Part shown: positions 18,301-30,000 of the stretch, piece by piece
Layout of the letters: each line of letters begins with the position of its first letter
How positions within the stretch are numbered: the stretch's first letter is position 1
From: an uncultured Planctomycetota bacterium
GTDB lineage: Bacteria > Planctomycetota > Planctomycetia > Isosphaerales > Isosphaeraceae
Length of the DNA: 64,000 nt
NCBI GenBank assembly: GCA_963823665.1
Contig: CAWGMQ010000010.1
Location: 2,208,001 to 2,272,000 of the forward strand
Direction: 5' to 3'
The notes under the pieces: generated by a model
Databases searched by the model: none
Seen by the model: only the letters and a program-made list of their open reading frames with translations
What the model was told of the DNA's origin: nothing
Translations under genes and position numbers: made by a program

Positions 18301-21064
18301 GGTCGGTCATGGAAACCAGTTCACCCCACGGATTGTACTGATATCGAGTCGTGTTCCCGAGCGCATCCGTTTCGCTGATGGGCTCGTTGAAAACCAGCGC
18401 GGGGTTCGGATTGCTGGTATCGTAGGTGACACTCGCAGTGGTGCCCGTGAGGTCGTCTTCAATGGAAATGACGTTCCCGTCGTCGTCGTAGGTGTAGGAC
18501 GTCTGCTCGGAGGGCGTGGTATCCCCGCTGACGTCGTCCAGCGCATCCCGGTTGCTGGTGCTGACCTGCCCCAGCGCATTGGTCACGGTGACAATCTGGC
18601 CCCGCTCGTTCAGGGTGACGGCGGTGACGTTGCCGTTGGGATCGGTATAGCTTGCCGAGGTGAAGCCCGACGCAGCAGCCAGAACGGTTGTTTCCGGGTT
18701 GGCAGTCAGCGACGGCGGATATAGCCCCTGGGATTGCAGGTAATTGATCGTGTACGACGTGCCATCAGCCTGCACAACCTTCTGAATACGGCCGGCAAAG
18801 TCGCTGATGAGCGTTTGCTTATCACCGAGTGGGTCAACGATCGCCGACATGTGAACTCCGTCGGCGTACTGGTAGCTCGTCTTTGCTTCATCCGGGTCCG
18901 TGATCTGAACCAGATTCCCGCTCGCGTCATATTGCAGGAGTGTCTGACGGCCCGCCGGATCGGTGATGGCGGTGACGCGATTCCCGGTATAAGTGAAGGT
19001 CGTCGTCAGACCAACTGGGTCGACGATACTATCGATCTGGCCGGCACCGTTGTAATTGTAATGCGTCGTGTTGCCGACGGGGTCGGTGACCGTACTCAGC
19101 ACATAACGCGGCTGGCCGCTGTTGACATCGCCGGCTGGCAGGGCCATGGGAATGAAGGTGTAAACCGTCCCGTCGGTGAGCGTGCGGGAAAAGGTATTCG
19201 TGCCAGGATCATAGGCGAATCGGGAATTGTCGCCCGTCAGCCCGATGTAGGAAATCACCCCCGAGGAATTGGTTTGCTGCGTGACAACCGGCTGGAAGAG
19301 CTCGTCCGATCCGTCTCCATCCACCAGGAGAACCGTTCCATCGGGATTGACGTAGAGTTGCTCCAGTCCCGCGATTCCCCAGCCCTGGCCAAAGGGGCTG
19401 TCGGTGTTGTTGACCACGAGCAGCGTGCCCGTGGTCGTGCCGAGCGGTGTATCCGCCGGGTCGTTCGGGTCCATGAGCGCGGCATTGATGGTGAAGTCGT
19501 ACTCACCAGTGGGCTCGTTCTGGAGGTTGATCTGCATGCTGGCAGAAACCGCTGTGGCGCCGCTCGGAATTTGCCAGAAGTTGAGATTCTCCAGGTCAGG
19601 GTCCGGAGTCGTCGGCTGGTACCCCGGAACGGTGTATTCGAAGTCGCCGCGGCTGATGGAGATTTCGGCAGCGAGGTACGGCTCCGTGGTGGTGACGTCG
19701 GAGTAGCCGAAGGTCAGGATCGGTCGCGGGTCGGCAGTCAGGGAATTGTAGGTCAGTGTAATTCCTTGCTCGACGCCCAGCGAGGAATAGGTCGCAAGGG
19801 TCTGCGTCTCGGTGATCGCACCGGTATCGAGCGAGACGCCCTGGTACGTCGCCTCCGTGGTGTCTTCTAGTGTCACGCCGTCGCCGGTTCCCTGGTCGAC
19901 ACGATTTCGAACCGTTGGAGGCGGCCCCTGGCCGGCTTGTATGGCGATCCCCCACGGACTTCCGCCGAGGCCGATCGGGGATTGAGCCTGATCGTAAACC
20001 GTCAGGACGGGGAAGGGGCCGGTATTAGTGGGGTCAACCGCAATGGCTGCGAAGGTGTCGATCGCGGTGTTATATCCGACCTGTCCATTCACAAGGTCGT
20101 CGATGGCGTAGCGATCGAGCAAAGAGGGATCAGTGCTTCTGATTGCCGCCTCGATTGCATTGATGTTGTAGACGAAGAGAGCACCCTTTGTGGAATTCAC
20201 CACAGGGACGTTGGGGAAGCTGGCGTAGAGGTAATCGCCGTCGGGCGAGATGGCCAGGTCGGGCGGGTTGCCGTTGGGGATGGTGCGGGTCGCGGCAACC
20301 ATCGTCGGAGTGGGGCCGAGGGGATTCTCGATGATGCCGATCGTGCTCCCGCCCGGGTCGTCAGCGGGGTCCTCGGCGTTGTGACTGGGAATGTTCGGGT
20401 CCGGGAAGCTCCATCCCGCGACGAAGGCAAACTTTCCGTCAGGCGTGATGACGACCGACCGGACATTGCTCACGTCGAAGGGGCTGCCGGGAAGTCCCAG
20501 ATTGACGCTGACGAAGCTGGCGCTGGCTTGCAAGCTCGTCGCATTATGAATGACGCCAAAGCCATTATTGTCGTCAAGATAGTCGGTGAAGATCATGACG
20601 TTGGGATCGGACGTCGCGGCCACACCGAAGGGATACTGGTCGGCCGCGATCGAGTCTGTCTGCTGCCAGTAAGTCTTCGATGTATCGCTGCTGGTGTCGA
20701 TGACCTCGATATGTCCCACCGTGTTCGACTGAAGCCGCGTGTAGTAGGAAACATCGTTCGGCGAGGCGACGAAGAGCCGGCTGCCGTCGCTGTTGAGGGC
20801 TAGGCCCAGCAGGCCCTGGCCGTCATCGGAGACCCGGATTGTCTGAATCAGTTGGTCGAACTTTGATGAATTGGGATCGATGTTGACCACGTAGACAAGA
20901 CCGTAATTCGCGCCGTTCGACGTGTAGTTGTTCTGGTCGGAAATATACGCATACTCGTCGTCCGGATCGATGACGATCTGGAACGGCGACGCCCCACTCG
21001 GAAGCTGGATGTCCCCGGTGCTGCTACCGACATTGATCTGGTGAAGAGCGACGGTGTCGATCAC
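15377..21064 (-). CDS. Segment 5 of giant gene: YVTN-like beta-propeller, RHS/YD shell, RHS core and C-terminal tip
   Basis: Dozens of YD repeats (TTTTYDADGNVTSTTDP); core FTYTGRETDPGTGLDYYRARYYDPAVGRFISQDP..NLYRYAGNSPTVRIDPSGL. Confidence 0.9.
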   Translation of the reverse strand: MIDTVALHQINVGSSTGDIQLPSGASPFQIVIDPDDEYAYISDQNNYTSNGANYGLVYVVNIDPNSSKFDQLIQTIRVSDDGQGLLGLALNSDGSRLFVASPNDVSYYTRLQSNTVGHIEVIDTSSDTSKTYWQQTDSIAADQYPFGVAATSDPNVMIFTDYLDDNNGFGVIHNATSLQASASFVSVNLGLPGSPFDVSNVRSVVITPDGKFAFVAGWSFPDPNIPSHNAEDPADDPGGSTIGIIENPLGPTPTMVAATRTIPNGNPPDLAISPDGDYLYASFPNVPVVNSTKGALFVYNINAIEAAIRSTDPSLLDRYAIDDLVNGQVGYNTAIDTFAAIAVDPTNTGPFPVLTVYDQAQSPIGLGGSPWGIAIQAGQGPPPTVRNRVDQGTGDGVTLEDTTEATYQGVSLDTGAITETQTLATYSSLGVEQGITLTYNSLTADPRPILTFGYSDVTTTEPYLAAEISISRGDFEYTVPGYQPTTPDPDLENLNFWQIPSGATAVSASMQINLQNEPTGEYDFTINAALMDPNDPADTPLGTTTGTLLVVNNTDSPFGQGWGIAGLEQLYVNPDGTVLLVDGDGSDELFQPVVTQQTNSSGVISYIGLTGDNSRFAYDPGTNTFSRTLTDGTVYTFIPMALPAGDVNSGQPRYVLSTVTDPVGNTTHYNYNGAGQIDSIVDPVGLTTTFTYTGNRVTAITDPAGRQTLLQYDASGNLVQITDPDEAKTSYQYADGVHMSAIVDPLGDKQTLISDFAGRIQKVVQADGTSYTINYLQSQGLYPPSLTANPETTVLAAASGFTSASYTDPNGNVTAVTLNERGQIVTVTNALGQVSTSNRDALDDVSGDTTPSEQTSYTYDDDGNVISIEDDLTGTTASVTYDTSNPNPALVFNEPISETDALGNTTRYQYNPWGELVSMTDPTGATWTYTYTNLGEIASETDKLGNTTTYTYDQYGRELTETDPLGEVTRYTYDAAGNVLTMTDALGHTTSYAYDADNRLIKVTDATGGVTTTVYDADGNVTSTTDPLGRTATNVYDALNRLVKTIDPLGNVTTTTYDADGNVTSTTDPDGHTTTYTYDALDRPVETIDPLGGITTTVYDTAGNVASTTDPLGITTTYAYDADNRQTQVTDALGDTTTTTYDADGNVTSTTDPDGHTTTYTYDADNRQISVTDPLGDTTTTAYDADGNVTKVVDPAGNATTYTYDADNELLTETNALNATESYSYDAAGNLISQTDGDGRVTNFFYDALDRETQEKWYDASGNLVNTINYHYDADGELTSVADNYSAYTYTYDADGNTISIDNGGTPGVPRVILTYAYDPAGNVASVSETINGQPGAVTSYQYDGLNDMLSIQQSGAGVAAKRVDFTYNADGQTATIERYANLNGTDPVVSSTYGYDQAGRLDSLTHDHAGTVLAQYQLTLDPAGQITQEVSDDGTTTYSYDATGQLTGAVNSSQPNESYSYDANGNRTNSGYVTGPDNELLSDGTYNYTYDADGNRISQTDIATGTVTDYQYDNRNRLTAVIVKDASGTVIQESQYTYDVFDNRIGTSYDSDGSGPAPPVVERFVYDRGQIDLVFDGSGNQTDRYLYGPAVDEVLADENAMGQIFWDLGDYQGTIKDVVDSNGVVQDHLVYSSFGQIISQTNPSLQPRFTYTGRETDPGTGLDYYRARYYDPAVGRFISQDPSGLSAGDVNLYRYAGNSPTVRIDPSGLRDSNSSVTSDDVVGAIDSSVQFLHKAIGTAEAPALGWLGRVLTFEDSLEKNPDDSVRAAFQTLGSEVFGTVGAEIGGTVGLAIGVPAGFAAGEFFEPLGGGFPGAAVVGLGLGGTLAVAGNHFGGKFGEAAAGVTYDIAKAAFDRGLTYTANAAMELFPEVPPSATRKPDGSGLYVYLDDPFADQ

Positions 21065-24000
21065 CGCGATGGAATCACTTCCAGCAAGGATGACGTAAGC
21101 CCTGGTGTCGTCGTGGGTGAGCGCGAGGTAGGTCGGCCGCGATCCGCGCCGACGTTGATGGTCGTGACCAGGTTGCCGTAGTCTGGGTTCGGAATCTGCT
21201 GGCCGGGATTCTGGGAGTCGGGCACAGTGGCCTGGCCGTCGAGGATGGCGACGGAGCCAGCGGCATTCTGTGCGGTGAGGACGTAGGCGTCTCGCGTTTC
21301 AAAGGGTATCGGATCGCTCTCCAGCGTGATCGGCTGTCCGGTCCCGTTGGGGATTTGGCGGATGACCGTGATCTGGGCCGATCCCAGCGGTACGCCTGCT
21401 GGTACATTGACCGTGATCGTGTTGTCCGTCACAGAGGTAGGCTGGGCGACAGAGTCCTGGCCGCCCTCTGCCTGGCCCGGTAAGTCTCGTCCGCCAACCT
21501 GAAACAGAACGGAAATCTGATTGAGCGTATTGCCGAATCCCTGACCATCGAGGACAAGTTGATAACCTCCGCCGGGAGCGCTCGCGAGGCCGGCGTCGGA
21601 AATCTGGGGTGGACCGTTGGTGATCGTGGACGTTGGCACCGATGCGGTGTATTGCGTCACGCCGGTTTGAGCGACATCGATCTTGACCTGGGTTGCCAGC
21701 GCACTCTGACCATCCTGGGGAACTTCGACGATGTTCACGGAATCCGAACCGGTGGGGAGCTGAATGACGAAGTGGGAGAGCAAATCGACGTAGGCGCCGA
21801 CGTTTGCCCATGCGCCCTGGGTGTCGAGCACCATGAATGAGCTGCCACCCAGCGCAAATCCGGCATCGGCCTCGAGATATCCGGACACCAGGCCGCTTTC
21901 GAGTGTGTTCACGATGGCGGCAATGTAGGTCCCTCCCTCGCGGATCCCATCGTAGGGAGGCGAGGCACTCCTTGCGAAACCGTCGGAACCGACGACTCCA
22001 TCCTCCACCTCCATCCAGGCCGGCACCATGCTGCCGGAGCCATCCGGGATCTGGTCGGCGCGATAGAAAAGGACCGGAGTCCCAGCGGCAATCCCCGGGG
22101 CGACCGGCACCGCAATCTGAACGGGGTCGGCTAGCTGCTCGTTACCCAGATCGAGCTGGAATGCCCCCGCGAAATCAAGGGCCGCCGGCAGAGACATCGG
22201 AAGATCAGCCTGAGCGACCGGCTGGATGTCCACAGTCGCGCCTTGCCCCATCGCGCCTGGCGGCACCGCGACGGTTGACCCGTCCGAACCTTGCACGATC
22301 GCTCCCGCCGGCCCGACCTGGATCGATCCGCTCTGCGGTAGTTCGACCTCGACCGGTATGACCTGCTCCGCGGGCCCGTTGATCACGGTGATCTGAGCGA
22401 TTCCCACGTTGCCCGCGTTGACGAGTCCGTCCGGGGTGACCGTGACGACATTCGGATTGCTCACAAAGTACTCGGTCCCGGTCGAGGCTGAGGTCAGGTC
22501 GATCTCGCCTCCCACGTCGATCTTGAGCTGGCGCGAACCGACATGGGCAGCCAAGCTCAAGGCCTGCGGGTAATCGTCCAGACCCAGCTTGACCAGGAGC
22601 TGCTGCGTCTGGTCAGTCGAGGTACCAACACTGACCGCCGTCGCGGCCTGGATGCCGTGGCTTGATACAAGCAGGACGGTCGTGCCGTCGGCCACGGCAT
22701 GGAGCTGGCCGCCGGCGCTGATCGTCGCGACGGACAAGTCGAGGGTCTGGAAGGTCAGGTAAGAGCTCGGCAACACAGCTCCGTTCTCGTCGGCGAAATC
22801 GCCGACGACCGTCACGTTCAAACTGTCACCGGGCTGGAGGCTGGGGGCGCGATCCTCGAAATCGAGGCTGACGAGCGGCGCAGCACTGACGTTGATTGAT
22901 ACTGTCGCCGTCGCCGAGGTCCCGTATCCGTCATCGGCCACGTACTGGAAGCTGGCCGGGCCGGTGTAGCCGGGGGCTGGGACAAAGGTGACGGTGTGAC
23001 CGTCGGGCGAGAGTGTGGCGGTCCCGTCCTCGGGATTTAGCACGCGGAAGTAGATCGGGTTGCCTTCGGGATCGGTCGCCAGGGTCGCCAGATCAACCGT
23101 GACCGCCAGGTCGATGTGTGTCGTTGCCTGGCCGGCCGTCGAGACCGGAGGCAGGTTTTCCTGGAAGCCGAGATCACTGGAGAGGAGCTGCATGTCCGTT
23201 GCGTTGATCACGCCGTCCTGGTTGGCGTCGGCAGCGGCCAGATAGCCGGGCTGGCCCACGGACGTGCCCAGGGCGCCAGCGAGGAGCTGGCCGTCGGTGC
23301 CATCGACCTTGCCGTCGCCGTTCACATCACCGGCGACGAACATGTGCAGTGTGTAGCTGCCCTTCGTTGCACCATTGGCCCCGGATACATCGAGCAGCTC
23401 GAGACCGGCCTCGCCGATGGCGTACAGGGCAAAGGAGCCGAGTGCGCTGGTGTGGCTCACGAGCGGAGTCAGGCCGACGATCAACGGCACGCCCGGCTGA
23501 AGCGCGCTGCCCGACGTCGCCTGGACGGTGATCCCCAGATAGATTTCCCCGGAGGCCGTCGAGAGGAGCTCCGAGGGACGGAAACTGAACGCGTAGCGAT
23601 CGGTCCCACCGGCGGCCAGTGTCCCGGTTTGGTTCGAGGCGAGGAACTCGCCCGAGCTGCCCAGGTCGGCGGTAAGCGGCAAGACCTGGAAGCTCGGCGC
23701 GTACTGGACCACGGCGCTTGTCCCGTTCGCGGGCGACACCGCCTCGATCAACAGGTGGATCGGTCCAGCCTGATAGCCGTACCGGCTCGACTGGCCTGAG
23801 ACCAGATTGCGAGCCGAGACGAGATTGCCTGAGCTGTCGTATGTGTAGATCACGCGCGTGCCGTCCGGCGCGATGATCGACGTGATCCGCCCCTGGGCAT
23901 CGTGCACGAACTGGATCGACTCGCCCGTCGATGCGGTGATCCCGCTATCGGAGAAGTAGAGCCGCGTGCCGTCGGGCCGGATCATTTCCTGCACTCCTTG

Positions 24001-27000
24001 GGCCGTGCTCAGGTCGTAGGCCGTTCCGTCGGGGGCGGTCAGGACGTATTCGGGGCCGGCATAGAGGTCAGCCGCCGGGTTGTACGCCAGCCCGGTCTTC
24101 AAGTCGTAATACCGGTTCCCGGCCTGGATGAGCGGCCCGCCGGCCGAGCTCAGCGTGTACGTCACTCCCGAGTCGGCTGTGTAGGCCGGCATGTAATACG
24201 TCAGCCCATTGATCTGTTCCTTCACCGGCGTGAAGGTGAAGCCGACGCGCTGGCCGGTCGGCAGGGTCAGGTAGACCCTTGTTCCGATCAAGAAAGGATT
24301 GTAGATGCCGGTCGACTCCTGTCCGGTGGGCAGGACTGTCGTCTGGATATCCGTATCCTCGACGGCCAGCCGCCAGCCGTAGCCGAATGTGCCCGACTGG
24401 TCCGCGGTGAGCGAGTCATACGTGCGGACCAGGTTGAACACCGAGCCGGCCAGGACCACCGACAGGTCGGTCTCCGTGCGGAGATACTGGGCTGGCTTGG
24501 TCGTGCTGTCAGCCTCGACCACGATCGTGGTCTGGCTGACGCGCCCCGCGATGTCGGTGGCGGTCAGACGGAGAACGTACGGACCGTTGGCCAGCACGGT
24601 CGGGTCGAACGTCGCCAGCGTCGCTGATGACACCGGGGCAGTGCCGCTGGCCAGGGTGGTGAACGTGGAGGAGCCGATCGGGGCGCGGTCGAGGACCCAG
24701 GTGTCGAGGTTCGTGTCGCTGATCGTGCCGACGATGGCCGCCGCGGCGGTCAGCCGCGCGTTGGCCAACTGGGGGCTGAAGGCGACGACGGGCGCGGTCT
24801 GGTCGCTCGGGTCAAGCACCTTGAGCACCGTCGCATACTGGCCGACGAGCCCATCGCCGTCGGTTGCCGTGGCGGTGATCGCAATCCGGCCGGGCGCCTG
24901 GGCGTGTAGGTCGCCCGGCCCTGGCTATCCAGTGTCAACGGCTGCCCGCCGACCGTCACCGACAATCCGGTGATCGGGGCAAGGCTCGAGGCCGCGACAT
25001 GGACGATCACCGATTGACCGGGCACGGCCGGGAAGCTCGGCGTCAAGACGACGATCACCTGCGGCGGTACCGCGGCGATCGTGCCCCGGAGCACGACTGG
25101 CACCGTATCGGACAGCTCACCGTCGGAGACCGAGAACTGGACGGAATAGTCGCCAATCTGAGAGGGGCCAGGTGTCCACGAAAATGCCCCTGTCTGCGGG
25201 TTTAGGCTGGACCCTTCGGGCAAGCCCAGCGCCGAGTAGGTCAAGTCGATGGGAATCCCCTGGTCGGGGTGGCTGCCCAGCAGGGTGAAGCCGAGCGGCT
25301 GGCCAACCACGGCCTGATGGTTGGTCACCACCAGACTCGGCGGCAGGTCCACCTGGTCGATGTGGACATTCACGCTGATCTGATCGCTCAGGCCGCCGGG
25401 GTCGCTGACGCCGAACTGGATCGCGTAATCGCCCGCCTGCGAATAGGTAGGGGTCCACTTGAACTGGCCCGTCATCGTGTTGAACTGCGCGCCCGAAGGC
25501 AGCCCCGAAATCACGCCGTAGGTCAACGGGTCGCCGTCGCCGTCGGCGGCTGCCAGGGTGAATTGCAGCGGTGTCCCCTCACGGCCGTCCTGCTCGACCA
25601 GCGGCACCAGCACAGGCGCCTGGTTGATCGCGGTGACGTCGATTGTCAGAGTCTGTGAGGCGGTCAGGTTGCCGTCGCTTGCGCTCAAGACGATGTTGTT
25701 GAATGTGCCCGACTGCGACAGGTTGGGCGTCCAGGTCAGGATGCCAGAAACCGGGTCGAGCGCGGCCCCGGCCGGCAGGTTGGCGGCCGAGTACGTCAGG
25801 GTGTCGTTGTCCGGGTCGGTAGCCTGGAGCGCGACGGTGAGAGTCTGCTGCTGAGCGACTGTCTGGTTGCCGACAGGAAGCAGAACCGGTGCACGGTTGC
25901 TCAGGCGGACCACAAGGTTGATGGATTGCTGGCCGGTGAGCACTTCGGCGGGATTGCCGTTGCCGTTGTCTGCGACCTGGAAGACGACGGTCGTCTCGCC
26001 CAGGGCGCTCGAGGTCGGCGTCCAGGTGACGACGGCGTCGCCGTAGGTCGAGCTGGGAGCCAATGTCGCACCGGCGGGAAGCCCAAGGGCGCTGAAGGTC
26101 AGCGGGTAAGAATTGGGGTCGGTTGCATGGATCGTGAACTGTAGCTCCTGGCCCACGACGGCGACCTTGTCGCCGATCGGGGCGAGGTGCGGTGGGGTGT
26201 CGTTGACCGTCACGATGAAGGCCTGCGAGGCGGACAGGACCGCGGCCGGGCCGCCGCCGTCGCCGTTGTCGGTGGCCGTCAAGCTGATCGTGTAATCGCC
26301 GCCGTCGTCAGGCCCGGGCGCGAAGGTGAACGTGCCGGTGCCATTGCCGTTATCGACGAACGACGCGAACGCGGGCAGACCCTGGTCGGTGGTCCCGCCG
26401 GCCGTCAAGACCATCGGGTCGCCATCGGGGTCGATCGCCTGAATGGGCAGTGTCAGTACCGCCTTATCGTCGACGGTCTGGTTGGCGATGAAAGTGATCT
26501 GCGGTGCCCGGTTGGTGTTGAGGACCGTGATCGGTACGCTCACCGAGATGGAAAGCGGCGCGCCGGTGCCGTTTCCTGGCTTGGTGGCGGTGAACGTGAC
26601 CAGGTAGCTGCCGGCGTCGGAGTAATTCGTCGGCCAGTCGAATAAGTCAGTCTGCGGGTCGAACGTCGCTCCCGCGGGCAGACCGCTGACTGTGTAGGTG
26701 ACCGTCGGATCCGTCCCTTCGAGCGCCGTCAAAGTGCCATCAGCCATCCGGTCCGGCGGCACGTAGCCGGGATTGTTGGGGTCGAATGCGAAGGCCCGGA
26801 AGTTGATGTCCTGCCCCTCGGCGACGCGCCAGGAGGACAGATCGTCAAACTGCGGTGGGGCGTCGACGGGCAGCACTGTGATCGTCGTCGTTTGTGTCAC
26901 CGAGAGCTGGCCGTCGCTGACCGTGAACGGGATCTGAAAGACCCCTTGCTGGAAGTAGGCCGGTGTCCAGTCGAAGACGCCGGTACTGGGGTCGAAGTAG

Positions 27001-30000
27001 GCGCCGCCGGGAAGCATGGTGCTGGAAAAGCTGAGCGGGTCGCCCTGGGGATCGCTGGCCTGGAGCGGGATGTGGACCGATTCTCCTTCGAGGACAGTGC
27101 GGTTGGCCGGCTGGACCAGTGTGGGCGGCTGTTGCGTCGGGGCGATCAAGAGGGTGGTCGCAGCGCTCACCTGGTTCACGCCGTCGCTCACGAAGAACTG
27201 AACGTCCGGGTAAGTGCCGGCCTGCCCCGGTGCGGGAATCCAGGTCAGGGTGTCGTTCGTGGTGTCGTAGACTGCACCCGGCGGCAGGTTGTCCGCCCAG
27301 GAGATGAGCGGCAGCCCCTGCGGGTCGGTCGCGCTCAGGGCAACCTGAAGCGTCTGATCCTCCTGGCCCGCGATCTGGAGGGGAAGCGGCTGGAGCACAG
27401 GCGGCTGGTCCACTCCACCGACCGTGATTGTATAGGACAGCGTCGCGCGGCTGCCGAGAGAGTCGTAAACCGCCAGCACGACCGGCGCAAGGGCGGGGCT
27501 GGCGATCGTGGGCAGCCAACTGACCAGGCCGCTGGTCGCGTTGACGGTCATCCCGGCCGGCCCCCTGACCAGCAGGTAGCCGAGAGTGTATTTGTTCGGA
27601 TCGTGCGCGGCGACCGGGAAGTTGTAAAGCTGGCCAGCGGTCGCCGTCGTCAGGGGTTGTGAGTCGAAGATTGGATCCGCGTTGGGCGCGGGCATAGCCA
27701 GCAGGCCGGTCTTGAACGAGAGCCTCAGCCCCGAGGGGTTGGAGAACGTGACGGTCGCGGCGGTGGTCGCCTGGCCGGGCAACAGCTTGCCGCCGGGTAC
27801 ATCGCTGCTCAGGTCGAGCCATACGGTGCCGTTCGCGGTCAGGTTCGTCGCGCCGATAACCTGGTCGTTGATCGGCTGGAGGCCGTCGAAGGTCAGGTCG
27901 AGTGGGGTCAGCAACGGGGTCGGCCCGTTGTTGGTGACGATCACGCTGTACGAGTAAGTCTTGGTTGCCGCGTTGGCCCGCCCATTGGCGAAACTGATGT
28001 TGACCTGCGACGACACGTCGTCGAGCCCGCGGAAGTGGGCCGAGAACGGCTCTGCCAGGCCGAGACCGTCGGTGCTCTGGATCGACGTGGCGACCTGGAG
28101 CGTGTAGCCGCCCGCCTCGATGGAGTCGAACGACAGGGTGGCGGTACGGCTGGATGCGTCATACACCACGGCGCTGACGGCAATGGGGCCCGCGGTGTCG
28201 CCGATGATCTGATAATTGGATGGGTTGAGGACCGAGTGAGGATCGGTGGAGGCGCCCTGGAACATGTCGTGATCGAACGTGACCGTGATGGTCCCCAGCG
28301 GCAGCCCCACCGTCGCGCCGTCGGGCGGGTTCGAGCCTGCGACGCGGGGAGCCTCGATCGGGGAGAGTATGTCGACCTGTTGAGACTGGCTGAGCAGGAT
28401 GCTGCCGAGTGCCGTTGTCTTGATCTCGTCGCCGCGGCTGCCGCCCGTGGCGACGGCCAGGGTCTGCAGCGTGGCGAGGTCGACCATCGTCAGATCGGTC
28501 CCCGCGCCCGGCGACGCCTCCTCGTCGTGGCTGATGAACAGCAGTCCCGCAAGCATGGTGCCCGGCAGGCCGAAGGCGATCGAGTCAACGTCGGTCGTGA
28601 ATTGAAACATCAGTTGGGCGTGATATTGCGGAGTGATCGGGTTGGGGGCAGGGGAATCCGGGACGAACTCGACCACGTCGTTCTGGTTCTGGGGCCAGGT
28701 CGCGGCCCAGAGTGAGCTGTCCGGGTCGAAGGCGAGGCTGCCGACCCGCAGGTCGCTGAAGTGAGCGAAGGTTTGGGTCGTGGGATTGAAGATCTCGATG
28801 CCCTTGCCCGACGAGACGTAGATCAAGCCGGTGCTCGGCTGAATGGCCAGGCTCTGGGTCAGGCTGTCGCCGTACTGGCCGATTATGGCGCCGGTCTGGG
28901 GATTGAGCTCGAGGAGCGGTCCGCCGCCGGTCGTCGCCCAGAGATTGCCGGCGGCATCGAGCGCCATGTCGTAGATCGGGAACGGCTCGGTGGCCAGAGG
29001 CGTGCCAGCCTGGCCGCCTTCGGAAGTGAACGAGAAGAGCTGGTCCCGCGCCGGGCCGCCGCTGACCAGTGCCGACCCGTCGGGGAAAGTGACGATCGCG
29101 AGCGGGCCGATGTTCGCCTCGCTCTGTGTGATGCCAGTCGCGAACGCCCGCGCGGTGAACGGCTGGAGGACCTTCTGGAACTCGGAGGGCTGGCTGACCT
29201 GAACCGGTGAGGGGATTCCCTGCTCCGCCTGGGTGAACAGCGGATTGGTCGACGGCTGCGTTGTGGGCTGCGCCGGCGTGCCGAGGTCGGTCGTCGTGGC
29301 GGGGACGGTCGGCAGAGCGCCCAAATTCGCTTGCGAGCCATCGCTGGGAACCGCGACGCCCGACGGCGGTTGCTCCTGGTTGCCGGCGTTGTCGGTCGCG
29401 AGCGCGAGGAACTGGTAGGTGTGCCCCGGCTGGCCGTCGTAGATTCCCGAAGTGGTGGTCGTCTGGTCGAGCCAGATCTGGTAGTCGCCGCCATCCTCCG
29501 CCACGTAGACCGTCACGCCCTGGACCCCCGAGCCTCCGTTGTCGTCGGTCGCGGTCCACTGCACCTGGTAGTCTGAGCTGCCCGGGACGATGGGCGTCGC
29601 CGTCAAGGTCGTCGTGGGTGCCACGGCGTCGACTGTGTTGGTGACCGTGTTCGTATCCTCCGGCGCCGACGTGTCGAAGAGTATGCTCGCCTGGGCGCTG
29701 ATCTGCGTCCCGGTGGCCACGCCGGCCAGGGGCTCGGCCGTATAGGTGACGAATCCCGAGGCATTGCTGCCCGGCGGGAGGAGTCCGCGCGACGGGTCCG
29801 TGACAACCTCGCCGGTCGCCGGGTCGATCGCCTGCAACAGCCAGGTGATTGTGTCGGACTGGATGTCGATCCCCGCGCTCACGCGGAGGATGAAACCCTC
29901 GCTCTGGGTGAAGTCGAAATCCCCCTGGAACGAGCCAACGGTATTGGGGATGTGGACCTGGAGATCGCCGATCTGAAGGTCTCCGAGCCGGAAGCTGCGC

